Shown: positions 20,336 to 30,755 of the stretch, in pieces
Layout: every line of letters starts with the position of its first letter
How positions within the stretch are numbered: the stretch's first letter is position 1
Assembly: GCA_963718285.1 (NCBI GenBank)
Contig: CAVQYU010000004.1
Coordinates: forward strand, 21,988 to 85,987
Reading direction: 5' to 3'
DNA from: an uncultured Chloroflexia bacterium
GTDB lineage: Bacteria; Chloroflexota; Limnocylindria; Limnocylindrales; CSP1-4
DNA length: 64,000 nt
Position numbers and translations under genes: made by a program
Notes under the pieces: model-generated
Told to the model about the DNA's origin: nothing
Databases searched by the model: none
Seen by the model: only the letters and a program-made list of their open reading frames with translations

Positions 20336-21020
20336 CTAGCGCCAGGGCAGCGGATCGCGCGGCCGGTAGCCCTGGCGGAAGAAGGCCACGACCGGCGGTC
20401 CGCCCGAGTAGGCCAGCGCCACGTCGCCGCCCGATTGTCCCGCCCGATCGTCAGCCGGACCGTGTCGTCGCCGGGCAGGTTCGGGTCGTAGATGCGCAGC
20501 GAGAGCGAACCAGGTCCGGGGTCCGGCCTCGATCCCGTGGGCGACGACCTGGTGGTCCTGGATCAGGGTCGCGGGATTGGCCGAGACGGCGTGGACCAGG
20601 CCGAGCGGCGACCGGCCGGCCCGCGGCCAGGTCGCGCCGGATCTGCGGCAGCTCGCGCCGGAGGACCTCGGCCGAGCGGGAGCCCGGCCGATCGCCAGGG
20701 CGCTCCGAGCAGGTAGAACCGGGCGGGCCCGAGGCCCAGCTCGAACGAGTCGAGCTGGCGGCGGACGAGGTAGCGGAATGCCGGCGAGCCCGTCGAGCGG
20801 TGACGTCCGTGTCGGGCGGCGCCGTGATGCCCGCGAACCACAGGTCGAGCGCGGCGAAGGCCATCCCGCCGCACAGGCCGTTCGCCGCGTCCCCGATCGC
20901 GAGCTCGAGCGGGACCGGCCCGCCGATCCGCAGCCGGAGGGGCGGGACGTGGGGCCAGCGATTGGCAAAGGCAAAGCCGTTGAGCGAGGCCGGAAGGCCC
21001 GGGCCGGCGGGCGCGCTCAT
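20336..21020 (-). pseudogene. hypothetical protein with papain-like (C39-like) Cys/His signature, ~3 frame changes
   Basis: Pieces are MSAPAGPGLPASLNGFAFANRWPHVPP...IGDAANGLCGGMAFAALDLWFAG (ORF 20451..21020), PAFRYLVRRQLDSFELG (20563..20874 frame), and SPLGLVHAVSANPATLIQDHQVVAHGIEAGP...ALAYSGGPPVVAFFRQGYRP (20336..20974 frame). After a shift ...LRIYDPNLPGDDTVRL also reads. The pattern G-x-C-G-G-M ... H-Q-V-V-A-H-G ... Y-D-P-N resembles C39-type peptidases. The family assignment is tentative. Confidence 0.35.
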
Positions 21021-22371
21021 GGCTTCCGGAGGTCCTCGTTGCGATAGACCGGGTGCTCGAAGACCAGTGGCTCGGAGACCTCGGCCCGGGCCGCCGTCCA
21101 GAAGCGGGTCAGGCCCGAGACCGCGAACAGGATCGCAAAGGCGGGATAGCCGAGGGGCAGGATCGCGAGGATCGCCGGCGTTCGAGAGCTGCCCGATGGT
21201 GATCCCCGAACGGCGCTGCCGGCGACGAAGCTGCCCTGCGCCCGGATCAGGTCGGGACCCGGCGTGAGGCGCATCAGGCGTTCGTTCGAGGAGAGCGTGC
21301 CCGCCGACGCGCCGGCCGCCGCGACCGCCGCGACGACGCAGATGATCAGGCCGGCCAGCGGGTTCTGGGGAAGGCCGTCAGGCCCAGGAGCATCGAGCCG
21401 AGCCGCGCAGGAGGAACGAGGCCCGCAGCGTTCGCGAGGCGCTGCCCCGGGCGAGCAGTCCGCCGACCACGGTCGCCGCGACGAGCGACGCCGCCGACGA
21501 GATGGCCGACAGCAGGATCGCGAAGCTGGCGGCAGGTGCAGGACGCTGATCGCATAGATCGACAGGTACGGGCCGAAGCCGGCCCCGAAGGCCGCGATGC
21601 ATGATCGAGCGCAGGAATGGCGCGAGGCTGGGGCGAGGGCGACCGGCGGCGGAGCGTCGCCGGCACCCGGCTGGGCGACCCGGACCCGGCCCGGCTTGGC
21701 GAGCTGGCGCAGGACCACGATCTCGATGACGCCGGCGATCCCGCTGACGAGGAAGACGATCGCGTAGATCCGGACGCCCAGGTCGGGCAGGAAGAGCTGG
21801 ACGAGGACGGCGACCGGGAGCAGCAGGATCGAGCCGAGGCCGAGGGTCATGCCCATCACCCGCGGCGCGACGAAGCGCCGCTCGGGTCCGGCAGGATCGC
21901 GCCATACCAGGCCAGCAGGTTCGTCCCGCCGATCGTCGTGGCCGCTCCGCCGAGGCTCATCACCGCGCCGATCGCCAGGATCGCCAGGCCGTTCGGGATC
22001 ACGCCCGACCCAGGCCGCCAGGGTCAAGCCCGCCCAGGATGAAGCCGCGTGTCTCGCCGACGGCGAGGATGATCAGGGTGACCCCGCGCAGGTTGCCGTC
22101 GAAGCGGCGCAGGAGCCAGGGCACGCCGAGCTGGGCCGAGGAGAAGGCGAAGGGCAGGACGCCGATCACCGTCGCGAGGGCCGGGCTGGCGCCCGAGGGC
22201 GAGGAGGAGCGGGATCGTCAGCCCGTCGCCGGCCAGGGCGGCGACGACCGCACCCGAGCCGCCGATCCCCTGGAAGCGGCGATAGCGCGGCACCCAGGAA
22301 GATCCGCCACTCGGCGATCGCGCTGGCCGTGCCGAACGGGCCGTCCGCGACCGGCCGCCGGGGGCGCTCAC
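21017..22371 (-). pseudogene. MFS-type transporter, multiple frame changes; start approximate
   Basis: Hydrophobic helices are scattered over the minus frames, for example GMTLGLGSILLLPVAVLVQLFLPDLGVRIYAIVFLVSGIAGVIEIVVL, FGAGFGPYLSIYAISVL, LAGLIICVVAAVAAAGASAG and ILAILPLGYPAFAILFAVSG. The possible GTG start at 22371 forms a GTGA overlap with the inferred CAX stop. The stop overlaps the next gene's start in an ATGA at 21017-21020. Confidence 0.5.
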
Positions 22372-23523
22372 TGGCCGGATACTGCCTGGATCGGCGGCCC
22401 GAACCAGACGCTCGGCGGCGATGATCACGTACAGCGCGATCAGGGCGAGGCCCTCCAGCCAGGTCGACTCGCCGTCGAAGACGATGAACGCGCCCAGGAT
22501 CACCGATCAGGCCCAGGGCGCCGATCAGGAGCGGCGAGGCGACCAGGGTCAGGGCCGGGCCCGCCGATGACGACGGAGATCAGGACGAGCGCCGGGATCA
22601 GGGCCAGCGCGACCTGCAGGCTCGAGTTCAGGATCAGGCTGATCGCCAGGTCGACGTTGTTGCGCAGCGCCTGCTGGACGCCGGCCACGTTCTCGACGGC
22701 ATTGCCGGCGATCGCCACGATCACCAGGCCGGCGAACGCCTCGCTGATCCCCAGGCTGGCCAGCGCCGGCCGGAGGGCATCGACGAACCAGTCCGAGCCA
22801 CGAGGGCCGAGCCGATCGCGGCGCCGACCAGGACGCCGACGCCCAGCTGGAGCGGCCAGAGCGTCGCCGGCATCGACGCTCGCGGTCGATCGAGCCCGCG
22901 CCCGGGCCGCCGCGAGATCGAGAACGGGATCGAGGCGCCGAAGAGGACGAGCAGGACGACCGCCGTGATCACGCTCAGGTCCTGGTCGCGTGCCCGGCAT
23001 CGGGCGCTCCGGGCGCGGTGGCCAGGGTCGGGATCACCAGCGCGGCCACGGCCAGGACGAGCAGGGTGGCGATCATCCGGACCGGCTGGACGCCGAACTT
23101 CAGGACGCCGTGCTTCAGCCCGCCGAGGAAGAAGGCCAGGCCCAGGACGAGCAGGCTGTTGGCCAGGATCGAGCCGATCAGCGCGCTCTGGACCACGACG
23201 ATCAGGCCGGCGCGCAGGCTGAAGATCCCGATGAACAGCTCGGGCAGGTTGCCCAGCGCCGACTGCATCACGCCGGTCAGGCCCGGCCCGAAGCGCCCGC
23301 CGAGCTGCTCGGTGCCCTCGCCGACGAGGCCGGCCAGGCCGGCCAGGGCGACGGCCGAGGCGACGAAGATCACGGTCGGGCTGCGCCGTCGGCCAGCTCG
23401 AGACAGGCTCAGGCCGCCGGCCACGATGGCGCAATCGCGATCAGGACCAGCGCCCGCCGGCCGAGGAGCTGAGCCACGGTCCGGGCGGGGCTCGGCGGGG
23501 ACCGGCGCGGTCTCGGCGGCCAT
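22368..23523 (-). pseudogene. Ca2+/H+ (cation/proton) exchanger, CAX/ChaA family, at least 3 frame changes
   Basis: Consecutive pieces lie in ORFs 22975..23619, 22721..23434, 22500..23000 and 22024..22503:
- VIFVASAVALAGLAGLVGEGTEQLGGRFGPGLTGVMQSALGNLPELFIGIFSLRAG...ILANSLLVLG
- DLSVITAVVLLVLFGASIPF
- ISEAFAGLVIVAIAGNAVENVAGVQQALRNNVDLAISLILNSSLQVALALIP
- MILGAFIVFDGESTWLEGLALIALYVIIAA
The 3' end at the TGA at 22368 is inferred after a shift. Confidence 0.7.
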
Positions 23524-23530
23524 CGGCTCG

Positions 23531-23536
23531 ATGATA
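23531..23536 (-). promoter_or_regulatory. putative -10 hexamer TATCAT, 7 nt upstream of ATG 23523 (CAX)
   Basis: The minus strand reads cccgTATCATcgagccgATG. Confidence 0.4.
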
Positions 23537-23546
23537 CGGGCGGCGG

Positions 23547-23552
23547 TACCAT
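23547..23552 (+). promoter_or_regulatory. putative -10 hexamer TACCAT, 7 nt upstream of ATG 23560 (DUF255 gene)
   Basis: cggTACCATcgcgacgATG. It is only 10 nt from the opposite-strand box, and the whole intergenic region is 36 bp. Confidence 0.4.
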
Positions 23553-23559
23553 CGCGACG

Positions 23560-25711
<2,152 letters not shown>

Positions 25712-25715
<4 letters not shown>

Positions 25716-27055
25716 CCACCGGGCGGCTGCCGGCCCGGCCCAGCCGGCTGGCCGAGGGATCGGCCGCCCCGGCTCGACCGGCGGCGACCGTGGTGCTGCT
25801 CCGGCCGGGCCCGTCCTCGCCCTCGAACGGCCCCGAGGTCCTCCTGACCTTGCGCCCCGAGTCGATGGCCTTCGGGGCCGGCCTGCACGTCTTTCCGGGC
25901 GGGCGGATCGAACCCGGTGATGGGCAACCGCAAGCTCTCGCCCGGGCTCGGAGCGGGGACGCCGCCCGGGTGGCCGCGATGCGCGAGCTGTTCGAGGAGG
26001 CCGGCGTCCTCGTCGCCGATCGGGCCGATGGCTCTCCCGCCACGTCCGACCGGCTGATCGCGGCCGAGCTTGTCGCCTTGCGCGCCCAGCGTCGTCGGCG
26101 GCCAGCTCGACCTTGGCCCAGATCCTCGAGCGCTACGACCTGGTCCTGGCCACCGATCGCCTGGTCGCGATTGCCCGCTGGCAGACGCCGCGCGTCTACC
26201 CGCGGCGCTTCGACGCGCGCTTCTTCGCCGTCGAGATGCCGGCTGGGGCCATCCTCGACCTTGATCCTGGCGAGGTCGCCGGCCATGCCTGGCTGACCCC
26301 GGCAGCGGCCCTGGGGGCAGATGGCCGCGGGCAAGATCGAGCTATGGCCGCCGACCTCGACCACTCTCCAGCGGCTCGAGCGGGCCGTCGACATGGCTGC
26401 GGTTCGAGCGGGCCTCAAGCTCGTCGACGGGCTGCCGTTCGCGCGCGAGCGACCTCGACGGTGGCGTCATTGCGCCTCACCGGCGGCAAGGCGTTCGGGC
26501 CGGCCGGCCTGCCGGCCAATACCCTGCTCGTTGGCCGGCGAGCGGATCGTGGTCGTGGATCCGGGCGACCAGGACGAGGACTTCATCGACCTGATCGAGG
26601 CCGAGGTCACGGCCCTCGGCGGAGGGATCGTGGCGATCGCCCTGACCCATGTCGATCCGGGGCACGCGTCCGGCTCGCTGGAGCTCCAGGAGCGGACCGG
26701 CGCCCCGATCCTGGCCGGGCCCGGCGGGCAGGCGTGCCCTGTCGTGGGCCGGTGACCGAGATCCGCGACGGCGCGACGATCGACGGCGACGACCCGATCA
26801 CCGTAATTGGCACGCCCGGCCATCGGCCCGACCACCTCGCGTTGCAGCTGCGCGACTCCACGATCCTGTCCGGCGATGCCCTGACGGATCGGCCGACGCT
26901 GATCCTGCCGCCGGCCGGCGATCGGGGCTCGGCGGCCGCGTCGATCCGGACGAATTCGCGGCCTGCGCCCCAGCCGGATCGTGCCCGGCCACGGCGCATG
27001 GATCGACGATCCCGAGTTGGCCGCGCGGACCGCCCTGGCTGCCCTCAGCTCCTAG
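25712..27055 (+). pseudogene. Nudix hydrolase domain fused to an MBL-fold (metallo-beta-lactamase-like) domain, at least 4 frame changes
   Basis: - GTG 25712 overlaps the preceding stop (GTGA).
- Nudix box: GAGLHVFPGGRIEPGDG...AAMRELFEEAGVLVA (25436.. frame).
- ILERYDLVLATDRLVAIARWQTPRVYPRRFDARFFAVEMPAG...GHAWLTP (26113.. frame).
- MAAGKIELWPPTSTTLQRL, and in the same frame GERIVVVDPGDQDEDFIDLIE...IALTHVDPGHASGSLELQERTGAPILAGPGG (26321.. frame).
- VTEIRDGATIDGDDPITVIGTPGHRPDHLALQL...ILSGDAL.
- It ends ...IVPGHGAWIDDP...ALAALSS-TAG at 27055. Confidence 0.6.
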
Positions 27056-27063
27056 GCGGCGAC

Positions 27064-27604
27064 CTAGCCCTGGATCGTCCGGTGGAGGTTGCGCAGGAGG
27101 TTGAGGCCTTCGTCGACCTCCTCGACCGGCGCGTACGGCCCGGGCATCAGGAAGCACGGCCGGCCGGCGAGGGCGACGCCCGGCAGCTGGCCCCACTTCT
27201 CGCCCAGCGGGCGGCCGGCGGCGATCTCGGCGGCTCGCTTGTAGATGAAGACGACGGCGCTCGGGCGCCAGATCGCCACCTTCTGCCAGAGCGGACCCGA
27301 CGCCCAGGGTCAGCTCCCGGTCGGTGGCCGTGTCGCGCTGGCGTCGGCGGCTTGATCAGGTCGGTGATCCCGTGGCCGGCGGCGACGAGGGCGTCATCGG
27401 CGGTCTCGATCGCGGTGCCTGGCGGGCAGGACGCCGGCGATCATCAGCCGGCGCCAGAACGTCCGGCCGAGGCGACCCTGGTGGTAGTGGCCGGCGGTCA
27501 CGCTGACCGGTGACGGGTTCAGGCCGACGAAGAGCGAGCCCGCCGCGGTCGGGCGGCAGGTCGACGAGCGTCTCGACCTTGGCGCCGCCGACGCTCGAGC
27601 GCAC
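27064..27604 (-). pseudogene. uracil-DNA glycosylase superfamily protein (Mug/TDG-like), at least 2 frame changes
   Basis: Pieces are VETLVDLPPDRGG (ORF 27356..27604), SLFVGLNPSPVSVTAGHYHQGRLGRTFWRRLMIAGVLP (27394..27912 frame) and MAIWRPSAVVFIYKRAAEIAAGRPLGEKWGQLPGVALAGRPCFLMPGP (ORF 27064..27279). Confidence 0.55.
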
Positions 27605-27688
27605 CGCGATGGGGGCCCGGTCCGGGCCGGGACAGGAGGTCGTCGAGCTCGGCCAATGCGCCGCTCGGGTTGCTTGTCGAGGGTCGGG

Positions 27689-28004
27689 TCAGGCCGGTCC
27701 GGCCGCGCCGGGCGGGGGCGGCGGCGGAGGTGGTGCGACCGGAGCGACGGGGGGCGGAGCGGCGCTAGCGGCGGCGCGGCCGGCGCGACTGGAGCGGCCG
27801 CGGGAGCTTGAGCCGCTGCGGCGGCGGCCTCAGCCTCCGGCGCGTCCTTGCGCATGTCGGTCTTGATCTCGGCCGCTTCCTTGCGGGCCTCCTTGACCCC
27901 GCGGCCGAGCATGCTGGCCGATCTGCGGGCAGGGTCTTCGGGCCGCGCGAGATGATCACGATCACGAGGATGACGATCAGGAGAGCAGGAGGAACCTTAT
28001 CCAT
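27689..28004 (-). CDS. tatA: twin-arginine translocase TatA/TatE-family protein (frame change near 27925; 3' end uncertain)
   Basis: The ORF 27765..28004 start is MDKVPPALLIVILVIVIISRGPKTLP. It continues in the ORF 27394..27912 frame as ...RGVKEARKEAAEIKTDMRKDAPEAEAAAAAAQAPAAAP. The Ala/Pro-rich tail may stop at the TGA at 27689 in a third frame. Confidence 0.6.
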
Positions 28005-28022
28005 TGCGCGATGGTACTCGAC

Positions 28023-28419
28023 TCATCGGAGGGCAAGCGGGATCACCAGTCGGATCGACGTGTGGGTGCTCGAGAAGGCGACGACCTTGTTGTCGACCAG
28101 TCCGACGGCCTTGGCCGCCGCCATCACCTCGATATCCCGGACCGTGGCCTGCTTGCCCTTGCGCGACACGACCCAGATCGCGCCGTTGGACACGATCCGG
28201 CTGCGCAGGTGGGCGAGCTGCTGGAGCTCGGTTCCGTCGTCGATTCCCAGGACGACCACGTTCGAGTCGGGGAGCGGCTCGCCCTCGGTGATGTCCTGGG
28301 TCCGTTCGGCGAGGGCGCGGCGGAAGTCCGTCGTCGTCGATGTTGATGACGGCCACGCGCGCGCCGGGCTTGACGCCGAGCTTGTCGATCAAGGGGCTCG
28401 TGTAGACGGGATCGGCCAT
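28023..28419 (-). CDS. DUF3052-family protein (one frame change near 28300)
   Basis: MADPVYTSPLIDKLGVKPGARVAVINIDDD (ORF 27997..28419) is followed by VVLGIDDGTELQQLAHLRSRIVSNGAIWVVSRKGKQATVRDIEVMAAAKAVGLVDNKVVAFSSTHTSIRLV (ORF 28023..28259). This pattern is typical of actinobacterial DUF3052 proteins. Confidence 0.7.
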
Positions 28420-28444
28420 CGACGGATCGTGCCACGCCGCGGGC

Positions 28445-28450
28445 TACGAT
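28445..28450 (+). promoter_or_regulatory. putative -10 hexamer TACGAT, 11 nt upstream of ATG 28462
   Basis: gggcTACGATgccggcgtgacATG. Confidence 0.35.
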
Positions 28451-28461
28451 GCCGGCGTGAC

Positions 28462-29700
28462 ATGACGGTCCGCTGCTCGTCTTCGGCCCGCGCTCCGACG
28501 ACGTACGACTTCGGGCCGCGGCCATCCGCTGACGCCGCGCCGGTTCGGGCCGGGGATCGAGCTCCTGCGGACGGTCGGCGCCGTGCCCGGCCTGGCTCCG
28601 GAGTCCGGCCAACGACCCCGAGCTGCTCGAGATCCACGCCGCCGACTACCTCGCCGCGGTCAAGCGCCTGTCGCTCGATCCCGAGTGGCAGGCAGAGGCC
28701 GGTTTGGCGGCGTACGGCGACGACCCGCCGTTCGCGGGAATGCACGAGGCCGCGGCTGCGGTCGCGGGCGGCTCGCTGCAGGCCATGGAGGCGATCATGC
28801 GCGGCGAGGTCGAGCATGCCTTCCACCCGGGGGGCGGCCTGCACCACGCGATGCGCAGCCGCGCGTCCGGGTTCTGCATCTACAACGACCCGGCCCTCGC
28901 GATCTCGGCGGCCCGCCGGGCGGGCTTGCGCGTCCTCTATGTCGACCTCGACGTCCACCACGGCGATGGTGTCCAGGCGATTCACTACGCCGGATCCAGG
29001 CGTGCTGACGTTCTCGATCCACGAGAGCGGCCGGACGCTGTTCCCGGGGACCGGTTTCGAAGACGAGCTGGGCGAGGGCGTGGCCGCCGGAACGTCCGTG
29101 AACTTGCCCCTCGAGGCGGCGACGGGGGAAGGGCCCTGGCTGGCCGGCATTCGCGCCCTGGTACCGGGCCTCGCGGCGGCCTTCGGCCCGGACCTGATCG
29201 TGAGCCAGCACGGTGCGGACAGCCACGCCTGGGACCCGCTTGGCCCACCTGCGGGTGACGACCACCGCCATGGGCGAGGCAGCCCGGCTGGTCGATGAGC
29301 TCGCTCATCGGCATGCCGGCGGCCGCTGGCTGGCGACTGGCGGCGGCGGCTACGACGTCTACCGGGTCGTGCCCCGGACGTGGACCTTGACCTGGCTGGC
29401 CGGTGCCCACCGGGAAGCCCCGGCGACGACCGATCCGGCCTGGCGCGAGCGCTGGGCGGGCGATGCGGCTGCCTACGGCCAGGATCCGCCACCGGCTACG
29501 TTCGACGACCCGCCGAATGCCGGCCTGCCCGACTCCGAGCTCCAGCGCCTGGCCGAGACGCGCTCGCTCGAGACGATCGCCCGGGTTCGAGATCTCGTCC
29601 TCCCGCGCCTCCTGGTCGTCGCCCAGGATCGGGGTTGGTGGGATCCGCTTCGTCCGCAGAACGACGCCCGGCCGGCCCAGCCTCGCGCGAGCGCGGCGTT
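28462..29700 (+). pseudogene. histone-deacetylase-family protein (AcuC / acetoin-utilisation-type lysine deacetylase), at least 5 frame changes; 3' end approximate
   Basis: - N-terminus with shifts: TYDFGP ... ELLEIHAADYLAAVKRLS.
- Catalytic core in ORF 28704..29258: FAGMHEAAAAVAGGSLQAMEAIMRGEVEHAFHPGGGLHHAMRSRASGFCIYNDPALAI...VLYVDLDVHHGDGVQ.
- VLTFSIHESGRTLFPGTGFEDELGEG...IVSQHGADSHAWDPL (27808..29298 frame).
- LRVTTTAMGEAARLVDELA...RWLATGGGGYDVYRVVPRTW (29213.. frame). Confidence 0.8.
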
Positions 29701-29709
29701 CCCAGGATC

Positions 29710-30216
29710 GTGCCTTCGCTCGAGCCAGAGGTTGTCGAGCGGCTCGTTCTCGCTCCGCGGACGATCGCCCCCTTCGATGCCACCGCCGGTCGCGAGATCC
29801 TGCTCGCCGCGCTGCGGGCCGGCTGCCGGGCGTCGGGGGCGGTGGTCGGTGACGCGCTCGTGGGCGTCGCGCTCGTGCAGCCGTCTGGCGATCCCGGGCA
29901 GACCGATGAGCTGATCGCCCTCGGGGTCGCGCCCGATCACCGACGGCAGGGGATCGCGACCGCGCTCCTCAGCGCGTTGGCTGGTTCCGGACGTCCCCTT
30001 GTGGTGCGAGCCGGCGTGGCCGAACGCGATGTCGTCGACCCACTCCCGATCGCCGACCGCCTGGCCATCGCCGACCGCTTGCTGGCTCGTCCAGGGATGG
30101 TCTCGAGCGAGGTAGACGCGGAGCCAGACGCGAGGCTCACGCTCCGAGCGAGCAAGCCTCCACGAGGCCTTTCGCCGTCGCTCTGTCAGCTCAGGGCGGT
30201 CGCCACGAGGGTGTAG
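29710..30216 (+). CDS. GNAT-family N-acetyltransferase-like protein (start and end uncertain)
   Basis: From the in-frame GTG 29710 in the ORF 29380..30216 frame: PSLEPEVVERLVLAPRTIAPFDATAGREILLAAL...DALVGVALVQPSGDPGQTDELIALGVAPDHRRQGIATALLSAL (acetyl-CoA motif-A-like). No stop is visible between the HDAC gene and this domain, so a fusion cannot be excluded. Confidence 0.55.
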   Translation: MPSLEPEVVERLVLAPRTIAPFDATAGREILLAALRAGCRASGAVVGDALVGVALVQPSGDPGQTDELIALGVAPDHRRQGIATALLSALAGSGRPLVVRAGVAERDVVDPLPIADRLAIADRLLARPGMVSSEVDAEPDARLTLRASKPPRGLSPSLCQLRAVATRV

Positions 30217-30674
30217 AAGCTGACGACCGCGACCGCCAGTTGGACGCACAGTGCGAGCGCAGATACACGGCCACCGACGCGAGGAGCACGTTCGCCGCGA
30301 ACAGCACGAACGCGGACCGCCAGCGATGAGCAGGAGGACCTGCCCGCTCCGCGTGTCCGGATCGCGCCCGTGCGGACGAATTGCCTCGGGCGCACGACAC
30401 GACGATCCAGCCCACGTAGACGGCCACGCCGGCGCTCGAGACGACCATTGAAGACCGCGCGTCGGCGAGCCAGGCGAAGACGATCGAGGGGAACCAGGGC
30501 CTCGAACAGTCACGTTGAAGCTCGTCGACACGATCGACCGATGGCGGATGCCAGGGCCGGGCTCCACGCGCCGCCCGGCGGTTGCAGGACCGCGGTCACA
30601 GCCGTGAAGCCGGCGACGACCGCCCCGATCTGAGCGATCGCGAGAAGGAGCCCTTCGCTTGGCATGGGCGGCAT
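30186..30674 (-). pseudogene. hypothetical multi-pass membrane protein, at least 3 frame changes
   Basis: Hydrophobic pieces are spread over three minus frames: MPSEGLLLAIAQIGAVVAGFTAVTAVL (30510..30716), MVVSSAGVAVYVGWIVVS and SAFVLFAANVLLASVAVYL (30191..30448), and LALCVQLAVAVVSFYTLVATALS-stop (30186..30395). Confidence 0.3.
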
Positions 30675-30740
30675 CCTACGTCCCCGGTCCAGACGCCGGC
30701 CGGACATACAGCACATCTGTTCTGTTCCGGCGCAACGTCC

Positions 30741-30746
30741 TATACT
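30741..30746 (+). promoter_or_regulatory. putative -10 hexamer TATACT, 9 nt upstream of lhr GTG 30756
   Basis: cgtccTATACTcctcgtcccGTG, with no SD. Confidence 0.4.
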
Positions 30747-30755
30747 CCTCGTCCC

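Noticed and set aside
30717-30746. Possible RecA-independent DNA-damage promoter (TGTC-type element upstream of TAnnnT) or LexA box in front of lhr
   Set aside because: CTGTTCTGTTCCGG lies 10 nt upstream of TATACT. Its spacing and sequence do not match the consensus as I remember it (tTGTCRgtg-N8-TAnnnT). I found no TCGAAC-N4-GTTCGA-type LexA box.
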